Source: Hormiphora californensis
Taxonomy: Eukaryota; Animalia; Ctenophora
Reading direction: 5' to 3'
DNA length: 64,000 bases
NCBI GenBank assembly: GCA_020137815.1
Contig: CM035358.1
Coordinates: forward strand, 6,262,001 to 6,326,000
Position 1 is the stretch's first letter; each line of letters starts with the position of its first letter. Below are positions 1-11,240 of this stretch, piece after piece. The translations under genes and the position numbers were made by a program. The notes under the pieces are model-generated. The model saw only the letters and a program-made list of their open reading frames with translations. It ran no database searches and had not been told where the DNA came from.

Positions 1-818
1 ATGAATATATCAACCATTATTTGTGTTCTAGTGTATCTTTTTATGCTACTACAGCCCATTTTCCCTAGTTTTATCACACACATAATGGGTATCAGTTATG
101 CCACATCATCGCCAACTGTGGATTATCTTTTACATGATGCCCTCACACCCATCACACTTATTGTTTCTGTTATCCTTCACGGGATCCTCGTCAGATGCCT
201 TGACTACTTCCTCAGGTAGGTGGCCGTCTGATTTTGGTAATGAAATTACCCCTTCACGAAAGCAACGTCGGATTAGGGCGTGTGATTCCCATTCTCTCTC
301 GTTTTGTAGTTAGTTCCACCCAATTCTCTATCTATATTTCTCAGTGCCCTTGTTGTGGTTTAAGGTTCTTGGCTTGTCTCACATATAAGCCTATCTCCGG
401 GACAAAGATACAGCAGTATCAGACAATTCTTGGCACCTTCTGCAGCACATACATGTACAATAGGGTGGGGTGGTGTGATCTACAATGTGCTATATTTGGT
501 TCTCTCCTTTTCCTTCCCATATACCCGGGGGAGAGGTCATTGTGTACATGTTCTCTCCTTCAATATATAGCTATCCCGGTGGGAAGGAGCTAGGTCATTG
601 TGTGACTTGATAGAGCTAGTGAAACTCCTCCCTTCTTTTGTTAATATCACTGCACTGTTAACTCAAAACTAAAAGTCCGCTATTCCAGATGATCTGTAAA
701 AGAATTCCCAGCCATAATACTAAATTCCTCCAATACTCGAATACTAACCCCTCCATTACCAATCCTAACCTCCTCTTTACATCCCTTATCATCCCAATCC
801 TAACCTCATCTCCTTCAG

Positions 819-3800
819 ACGGATCCTCAGTAAGGGGTACGATGAGAAACTACCGCCCCTTATCAAACAGGAGAAAGATATCCTCGCCAAGCTGGCAGTT
901 GAGCAGCAGGAAATCAGGCGCATGGCCGCCATGCAGCGGGCTGCACAGGTACGTGGTAGTGAGAGAAGGGGCTGCACAGGTACGTGGCAGTGAGGGATCA
1001 GGCCCAGTGGTGCTCGATTGAAAATCTTAACTCTATCGAAATATTTTGAACGGCAAAATTTAAAGAAAATAGCTCATCTGAACGGCAAAATTCACAATAA
1101 CATAAACCAAACCCCATTTGTGACTAAGTGTGGTTTAATGAACAGTTTAGAACCGTAGATAGGCGGTAGATCGGTAAGATAGAGTCAATTGTTTTCATAG
1201 GTCTACTAGTGAGACTTAGTCAAAATTTGACAAAATGGCTTATTTGATGAGTTAAAATTCAAAACAACCAAAACCAAACCCCATTTGTGACTAAGTGTGG
1301 TCTAATGAACAGTTTAGAACCGTAGATAGGCGGTAGATCGGTAAGATAGAGTCAATTGATTTCATAGGTTTAGTGAGTATTAGTGACACGAATAAGGTAT
1401 AAAGGCGTTAAAAAACGAATATCTACATCTCCGATGTAGCCGAGTGGCTAAGGCGCCATACTTAATACACTCAAGGTACCGGGTTCAAATCCCGCACATG
1501 AATTTTACATTTTTTACTGAAATTTTCCAACGGCAACGCTTTTTTGAACGGCCAATTCAATTTGAACGTTAAGCAATCGAGCACCACTGGGGGATCAGGG
1601 AAGGGGTGGTGAGGGAGGGAACAGGGGGAAGGGAACAGGGGGTGCTATTTGGGGGAAATTTTTTTTGCAACAGATATCCCAAAAGTTAAGACGGATTCTG
1701 GTAGAGTAGGCCCTAATTAGCAAGTGTACGAAAGGGGAAGGTCTAGATCTTTGTGATCTCTGTGTTCAGGGGGTTTTTGTAGATAAGAAAAAGTTTAGAA
1801 CTTATCCCCTAAAAACGACTGTTCCCGATATCTTAGAGCTCTAAAACTTTGCAGATCGGCTTTATATGATAAAATACAAAGTTGGTAAAAATTTCAGACC
1901 TTTAGCTCAAAATTCATTTTCATGACCGGAATGAACTTTGTTCATTCTCTCAATCAGGAGTCCATTTGACTTCAGAATTTTATTAGAAATGTTTGGCAAT
2001 CGATTATCTGCAAAATGCGACCAACGAGAGCCAAAACGGACCACCACAAGACACGCGGTGATCTGATCTCCAAAGTCGGTCAGGACATTCATAATCCTTG
2101 CCAAATATGACCTAGTTTTGCACGGTTGCCGACATCGGATAGGTCTAAAATTTAGCACATTGGCTCTAAACAATGTGTAGATGAGATTAGCAAAGTTTCA
2201 GGCTTAAAGCTCAAAATTCATTTTTATGACTGGAATGAACTTCGTTCATTCTCTCAATCAGGAGGTCATTTGACTCCAGAATTTCAATAAATGTGTTTGG
2301 CAATCAATAAACTGCCAAATGGGATTGATTCACATTCGAGAATCTGACCCAGCACCCGATGGATCAGATCACATTATAGAAATCTGGTCCACCAGCCCAT
2401 GGATCAGATCACATTATAAGGATCTGGTCCACCACCCATGGATCAGATCACATTTTAGGGATCTGGTCCACCAAACCATGGATCAGATCACATAACAGGG
2501 ATCTTATCCACCAACCCATGGATCAGATCAAATAACAGGTATCTTATCCAACACCCCATGGATCAGATCAAATTAAAGGGATCTGATCTACCACCCATGG
2601 ATCAGATCACATTATAGATATCTGATCCACCACCCCATGGATCAGATCATATTATAGGGATCTGGTCCACCAACCCATGGATCAGATCACATAACAGGGA
2701 TCTTATCCATCACCCCATGGATCAGATCACATTTTAGGGATCTGGTCCGCCAACCCATGGATCAGATCACATTATAAGGATCTGGTCCACCGCCCATGGT
2801 TCAGATCACATTTTAGGGATCTGGTAGATGAGATTAGCAAAGTTTCAGGCTTAAAGCTCAAAATTCATTTTTATGACTGGAATGAACTTTGTTAATTCTC
2901 TCAATCAGGAGGTCATTTGACTTCAGAATTTCAATAAATGTGTTTGGCAATCAATAAACTGCCAAATGGGATCGGATCACATTGGAGAATCTGACCCGGC
3001 ACCCGATGGATCAGATCACATTATAGAAATCTGGTCCACCACCCATGGATCAGATCACATTTTAGGGATCTGGTCCACCAATCCATGGATCAGATCACAT
3101 AACAGGGTTCTTATCCACCAACCCATGGATCAGATCACATAACAGGTATCTTATCCATCACCCCATGGATCAGATCAAATTAAAGGGAGCTGATCCACCA
3201 CCCCATGGATCAGATCTCATTTTAGGGATCTGATCTACCACCCATGGATCAGATCACATTATAGATATCTTATCCATCACCCCCATGGATCAGATCAAAT
3301 TAAAGGGAGCTGATCCACCACCCCATGGATCAGATTTCATTTTAGGGATCTGATCTACCACCCATGGATCAGATCACATAATAGGGATCTTATCCATCAC
3401 CCCATGGATCAGATCACATTTTAGGGATCTAGTCCGCCAACCCATGGATCAGATCACATTATAAGGATCTGGTCCACCACCCATGGATCAGATCACATTT
3501 TAGGGATCTGGTCCACCAACCCATGGATCAGATCACATAATAGGGATCTTATCCATCACCCTATGGATCAGATCACATTTTAGGGATCTGGTCCGCCAAC
3601 CCATGGATCAGATCACATTATAAGGATCTGGTCCACCACCCATGGATCAGATCACATTATAGGGATTTGATCCACTATCCCATGGACCAGATCACATTTT
3701 AGGGATCTGGTCCACCAACCCATGGATCAGATGACATAATAGGGATCTTATCCATCACCCCATGGATCAGATCACATTTTAGGGATCTGGTCCGCCAACC

Positions 3801-5685
3801 CATGGATCAGATCACATTATAAGGATCTGGTCCACCACCCATGGATCAGATCACATTATAGGGATCTGATCCACTACCCCATGGATCAGATCACATTTTA
3901 GGGATCTGGTCCGCCAACCCATGGATCAGATCACATTATAAGGATCTGGTCCACCACCCATGGATCAGATCACATTTTAGGGATCTTATCCACCAACCTA
4001 TGGATCAGATCACATAACAGGTATCTTATCCATCACCCCATGGATCAGATCAAATAAAAGAGCTGATCCACCACCCCATGGATCAGATCTTATTTTAGAG
4101 ATCTGATCTACCACCCATGGATCACATCACATTATATATCTGATCCACCACCCCATGGATCAGATCATATTATAGGGATCTGGTCCACTAACTCATGTAT
4201 TAGATCCCTGTTATGTGATCTGATCCATGGTTTGGTGGACCAGATTCCTAAAATGTGATCTGATCCATGGGTGGTGGACCAGATCCTTATAATGTGATCT
4301 GATCCATGGGCTGGTGGACCAGATTTCTATAATGTGATCTGATCCATCGGGTGCTGGGTCAGATTCTCCATTGTGATCCGATCCCATTTGGCAGTTTATT
4401 GATTGCCAAACACATTTATTGAAATTCTGGAGTCAAATGACCTCCTGATTGAGAGAATGAACGAAGTTCATTCCAGTCATAAAAATGAATTTTGAGCTTT
4501 AAGCCTGAAACTTTGCTAATGTCATCTACACATTGTTTAGAGCCACTGTGCTAAATTTTAGACCTATCCGATGTCGGCAACCGTGCAAAACTAGGTCATA
4601 TTTGGCAAGGATTATGAATGTCCTGACCGACTTTGGAGATCAGATCACCGCGTGTCTTGTGGTGGTCCGTTTTGGCTCTCGTTGGTCGCATTTTGCAGAT
4701 AATCGATTGCCAAACATTTCTAATAAAATTCCGAAGTCAAATGGACTCCTGATTGAGAGAATGAACAAAGTTCATTCCGGTCATGAAAATGAATTTTGAG
4801 CTAAAGGTCTGAAATTTTTACCAACTTTGTATTTTATCATATAAAGCTGATCTGCAAAGTTTTAGAGCTCTAAGATATCGGGAACAGTCGTTTTTAGGGG
4901 ATAAGTTCTAAACTTTTTCTTATCTACAAAATCCCCCTGAACACAGAGATTACAAAGATCTAGACCTTCCCCTTTCGTACACTTGCTAATTAGGGCCTAC
5001 TCTACCAGAATCCGTCTTAACTTATGGATTTCAGTGATGCAAATTTCAAATAGCACCCCCTACTGCACAGGTACGTGGTAGTAAGGGAGGGGGCTGCACA
5101 GGTACGTGATAATTGGGAGGGCGGCGAGGGAGGAGTGGGGATAGCTTCACAGGTAATTGTGAGGGCTGCAATGGGGGCCGGGTGGTTGTCGGCTGTGGGG
5201 GGCTAATATTATATGTGATTACCAGGTAAGAGCTGGCTATTTGTCTTGACCGAATCGTCTTTGCTTGTGGGATTTTCTGTGAAATTAGCGAGCTGATAGG
5301 GAGACCGAGTTTTCAAGACGAGAACAAGGGTTAATTGAATATTAGTACTGCAAAATCGTTGTTTCTCTTTAATTGAGAACAAGGGTGTGGGAATTTAGTT
5401 GGTCAATTTTGGACTTCCTGATTTTTGAATAAAGTCTCTGGAGAACATTTCTCATGCTAATTCAACGGCTAATGTTCTATTCCTGACACCACTAATTCAC
5501 TCTTTGTCTCCTATTACTTTACTATTGCTCTCACAATCAATACTCACTATAGAAACTAATCCATATCTCTACTATCTCTCTCTCTCTCTGGCTCTCCTCT
5601 CCTCTCTCTCTCTCCTACTCCATGGCACTACTCTCTCTGGCTTCTCTCTCTCCTCTCTATCTCTCTCTCTCTCTACTCCTCTCTC

Positions 5686-5716
<31 letters not shown>

Positions 5717-5747
5717 TGTCTGTCTCTTCTCTTCTCTCTCTCTACCT

Positions 5748-5834
<87 letters not shown>

Positions 5835-7391
5835 CACTACTCTAACCTCCCTTCCCACAGGAGGAGAGGAGAAAGATGTTGCTGCAGGAACGGGAAATCA
5901 AAGCAATCCAGGAGCGGACCACGGCCCTCCGGAGAGAAGATAGAGTATGCAGGGGTGGAGGATGATGTGTCAGATACAGATGCTAGCGAATATCATCGCC
6001 AATATGGGCAGTCTGAATATGGTAAGAGGCAGGAACCGACCGAAACAAGTAAACAACCAATCAGAGCTCGTTATTTAGGTCACGTGACTGGTTATCAGCC
6101 AATCAGGGACCAGTATTTCCTGATTCGGTCGGTTCCTGGTAAGAGGATATATACAGGGTGTTCATTTTGGATCTTTACAAGCGTTGGGCTTCACCCAGAA
6201 AAAAGTCGACAAGATCAGGTCATGAAACTTCATACTTGGACCATTCTATACCCTCATTCAAGGTTTCTGGGGGTTTTGGAGCTCTAGCACCCCAGGAAGT
6301 GTGTTTTTGGCATCAAAACTACCAGAAGGAATTTTTTGCTGGTGCTGAGACTTTGCTAAAATGTTTTTTGGGTATTTTCTATGTCAATCCTAAAGTTTCA
6401 TAGAGATTGGATGTGTTTTTCAGACTCAAAATTTCGTTAAAAGTGGCTGGAAAGACTCAATTTTAGCCGTTTTTGAGCTGTTTTCGAGCCTTTCCAGCCA
6501 CTTTTATCGAAATTTTGAGTCCGAAAAACACATCCAATCTCTATGAAACTTTAGTATTGACATAGAAAATACCCAAAAAACATTTTAGCAAAGTCTCAGC
6601 ACCAGCAAAAATTCCTTCTGGTAGTTTTGATGCGAAAAACACACTTCCCGGGGTGCTAGAGCTCCAAAACCCCCCAGAAACCTTGAATGAGCGTATAGAA
6701 TGGTCCAAGTATGAAGTTTCATGACCTGATCTTGTCAACTTTTTTCTGGGTGAAGCCCAACGCTTGTAAAGATCCAAAATGAACACCCAGTATTAGGGGT
6801 TGTAAATCTAGTTGCTGTCACCCTATAATAGGCAGATATACCTTAGCTGTGACTGGTGGGTGCCGGGATGGTGTTAACTGTTAACTGTTTGCCTTATTCG
6901 AACAAAACAAGGGGGTGTTTAGGCAAAGAGATGTTGATTTAGGGCTGCCTATCTCTGGGGAACTTCTAAGCAGCATGGGTCAGACCCGCCAGGCTAGGTG
7001 TAATTTGTGACAATTCTAGTTTAAACGCATTACAGTCGGTACACATATAATTAGGCTTGTATTTATTATGACAGCTCTCTGTAGCCTGTGTTTTAGATTT
7101 TAGTTTGTGCGTGTGGTGTGTTGTGAGAGGTAAAACAGCTGTAGTTTCTGAGGTGGAGTTTTACTGTCAACAGAAGTGTCACGCTTCCACCCTCTATCTT
7201 TTTCACTCCCCCTATCTTTCTAACTCACCCTCTATATTTCTCACTCCCTCTATCTTTCTAACTCCCTCTTTCTTTCCCACTCCCTTTATTCCTTGTTTTC
7301 CGACGCTACGTAGTTCAAATGTGCGGACTTAACCTCATGTGGAGGCATATGCCGCTGTTTAACTAACGAGAGAAGCAGAGAGAGAGAGAGA

Positions 7392-7439
<48 letters not shown>

Positions 7440-10400
7440 GAGTGAGAGTGAGAGAGAGAAACGAAGATACTCAGTAGTTTCAGTGTGTTGCTAAGTTTTG
7501 TGTTACCAACTGATTGTACCTGTATTTTACCGGTACAACCAGCTTCCCTAATTCTCTGAAGTTCCAATACATCTTGTAAACTAAAGCCCAAACTAGATTG
7601 GTACATTTTGAAAACTGCTCTAAATTTAAGTATCTCAGTTTCGCTCCCTAATCAAAGACACTGATCCCCTCCCCCTCGATCTAATCACCCACTGACCCCC
7701 TCCCCCTCGATCTGATCACCCACTGACACCCCCTACCCCCTATGATCACCCACTGACCCCCTCCTCCACCAATTTTAGAAACTAACCACCCCCCCCCCCA
7801 TTCCAGAGACTGATGTAAGCAGTGTGTACGATGCAGAAGAATACAAGATCCGCACCATCACTGACACAAACGACAGAATACAAGCGGAAGGAAGAGAAGT
7901 AAGACGGATTCTTGATCTTGCACTCGACGAGAAACGAGAAACTGAAAAGGTAAGAGAGAATTTGGTCATCTCACCCTTTTGAATCACGACGACAAGACAG
8001 CCATGGCCACTTTTAGAGTGAGAGTGGACAGAAGTAGAGATGGTCCAAGATGACTTGAAAAATAGTTCAGTGGTAACATTGGTAACCTTAGTATTCTAGT
8101 AACATCTCTCATTATTATCACCAGATCGAAGCAGAGTTTGGTATCTCCTCTCCCTCCCGATTACCAAGGGGAATCACCCCACTAGAGAGCACTGCCAGTA
8201 CCATCAAATACAACTCGGGTACCTCAACACCGGTGAAAGAAGGAACACCCTCCCTTCCTGCATCTCCGGCCCTATCTGTTATAGACACTCCATCCACCTG
8301 AGGTACTTTACTAATTAATGTTAATTGTTACTAATTATGTAATGAGGTACTATAGCTATTATAGGTATCAGAGACTAGCTGTTTTGAGCAAACAAAGGGC
8401 CGGGTGCGTTTATAATTTGAAGTTTGAACCCTGACCCCCGTCCCCTAACTACTACTCTTCCTATTTGTCCCCCCTCTCCCCCCATCCAACTAGCCCTGAC
8501 CCCTAAGGTGTCCCAGATTGTTCCCCCCTCCCCTCCTCCAACTAACCCTGACCACTAAGGTGTCCCAGATTGCCGAGATGGAAGACAAGATACGGAGGTT
8601 GAAGGAAGAACTGAAAACGAAGAAGAGTGAAGCGAAGAAGTTGTTGCGGGATCAGCAGCTGAAGAAGAAGGAAGCACTCCGACATCAGGAGCACAAGTTA
8701 CGGAAACAAATACAGGTAACTTTTACCACTTGTATTTTACCGGGACATCCCCCACGCCGGGACGTCCTCCTGCGAAGTGTCTTCCACTTGTATTTTTACA
8801 AGTGGAATTATAATTCCTATTCTTCACAGAATCTTCATTCTAAATTTTTACTCAAAATGTGTTTCAGACGGTGACAGAAGTGATAGAGAAGCAGAAGGGT
8901 CAGATCAAGCTGCGTCTCCAGTCCCCTGGCAGGGAGAGACCGGCTAGTTTGGTTAGGAGTTACAGTTCTGACAGTGCCAGCAGCCGCATTCTCACCGTGA
9001 CGTCATCGACACGTGACAGGACAGAGGACAGAACAGAGGACAGGACAGAAGATAAGACAGAGGATAAGATAGAAGATAAGACAGAGGAGAAAAGGACGGA
9101 GGAGGATTTCAGTGAATCACAGAGCGAGTCTCCCAGTAAAAGTGATTGGAAGAGGTCTGCCAGTCCCTCCAAAAAGACAGAGGAAGTGAGTGAGAGGGCT
9201 ACCTCTAAAAAGACAGAGGAAGTGAGTGAGAGGATAACAGCGGGTGATGCCAGCACTGCATCAATCTCCGAGGAGCTTAGTGGTGCATCTGAAGTACTTT
9301 CCAAATCGGCGGCAGACAAGTCACGTGATCACGATAAATCACGTGATATCACCAAATCACGTGATATTTCCAAATCACGTGACATTTCACTTGGTGATGA
9401 CTCTGAAGAGAAGCCCTCTATTTACAACCTCCAAGACATCTCTCAACTAGATGACCGAGATCTGCCTCTCCACGAATCACCCCAACCCTCCCTTCACCTG
9501 GAAGCTCCAGATGTCCTCGAGGATCTATCCATCTCGTCAGGGAGCAGTTTTAACGAGCACACTGACATCAGCATTAGTTCATTCAAGAAACTTGTCCCAG
9601 AAGGTGAGGAGCTGAGTGGTGCCGCTCTTTCTAGAACAGGTGACACCTCACTCAATCTTAGTGGTGTCAGAGGTGGTGACACCTCACTAAATCTCAGTGG
9701 TGTTAGAGACACCTCACAAGGACTTGAACCCTCCATTACAGAGGAAGTCGAGGAGGATGTTAGTGAGGAGAGAACAACATCGTCCTCAGCCTCTCGACCC
9801 AAGAGTATATCAGAAAAGTTAGCTGAGCTGCACGTGCTGGAGGAGGAGGGCCTGCTATCTCCGAAACTGTCCAAACTGACCTCCCGGGACTCAATGAGGA
9901 ACAGTTATACTCTATCTTTTGCTGATGAGGAAGAGGATATGACGTCATTGTCACGTGGTATGACGTCACGTGATGGGTCACGTGATCACCAGAGAAAGTC
10001 ACGTGACTTGACCGAGGAGGAGTTGTCTGAGGAGATAAGGACCATCCTGGAGGAGTCGCAAAAGTCTGATGAGAGGATTTCATCTGTTAATTTGGAGAAT
10101 TTAGCACTGGATATCGATGCTTTGGCTCCGTTGGGAGGGGAAGTTGTAAAGGAGGATGTTGAGAGTGAGAGATCTCGACCGGGGACTTTTTCAAATCTTT
10201 CCGAGATCTCATCTACTAACGAAGAAGGTGCGTAGCCCCCTCTCCCTTTGTTGAGTAACAATTCCCACTCCCCTGTGAGACCAAAGCCCCGAGTTCTGAC
10301 CGCGGTTCTCGCTGCAATGCTCTGGCAGCCTCTCCCCCCCCCCTCTCTCCCCCCCTCTCTCTCCCCCCCCCCCCCCCCCCCCCCGTATGTTGTGTGAATC

Positions 10401-11147
10401 ATAGTCTCTTGTGTCTGTGTGTGTATCTCGACATGTATTATTATCCCCCCCCCCCCCCCCAATTTCACCCTTTGTCCCCCGCACTCAGAGAGCTCCACTG
10501 CAACAGGGGAGACAACACGGAGGACCTCACCTGCTGTACCTCCCCCCAAGACCGCCTCTACCTCATCTTCTCCAGTTGTGAAGACACCCTCAATACCCTC
10601 CATGGCTCCCTCCATCCCCTCCTTGGTTCCCTCCCCTCCCAAGGAGCAGCCAAGCAGCAAATCATCCTTTAGATCTTTCAAGCAACCGAGCAGTTTACCA
10701 GCTGATATCGCCACTGAGGTAGGGATGGGAAAAGGGAATTACCGATGTTCGGGATTTAGGGAGTGTATAACAGGGGGGGGGGGGGGGTGGAGTGAGGGAT
10801 TGGTTTTTACTGGGGTCCCGGGATTTAGGGAGTGTATAATGGGGCTTAAAGTGGCAAATTCCACTAAGGTATAGAGTTATCGTGGTAATGATTTTGAGAG
10901 ATGCTCTGAGAATAACCATACCGCCGTGTTGATGAATTATGGTGCTGGTGGCCCGATCTTTGGCTCGCACCCAACACAGCATTGTGGTTTAGCATGTCTC
11001 GGGCATGTCGGTTAAAATATGCAGTACTTATCTCACTGTTTGGTGACGCGGTCACCCCTCCACTAGGGCCGCGCTGCTGCAGTGGTGGTAGTGGTTGTTA
11101 TTCCACTCTCGTTAACTATTTTGTTGTTTACATCCACTTCCGCCCTA

Positions 11148-11240
<93 letters not shown>

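Noticed and set aside
1-600. Short ORFs or a possible decayed retroelement
   Set aside because: No recognisable motif or terminus; treated as CEP350 intron sequence.
1430-1502. Functional tRNA gene
   Set aside because: Acceptor and anticodon stems cannot be formed; kept only as a tRNA-derived cassette.
2355-4345. CRISPR array (palindromic repeat plus variable spacer)
   Set aside because: The variable parts are only ~10 nt and are related to each other; there are no cas genes and the context is a eukaryotic intron. It is a satellite.
1907-4799. Twin 88-aa ORFs (also the pairs 6158/6541 and 26360/27613)
   Set aside because: Mirror images caused by inverted repeats, with non-ATG starts and no recognisable domains.
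8960-10714. Long antisense ORFs over the CEP350 exons
   Set aside because: Shadow frames of Ser/Glu-rich coding sequence; the same applies to the antisense ORFs over the SRCR gene.
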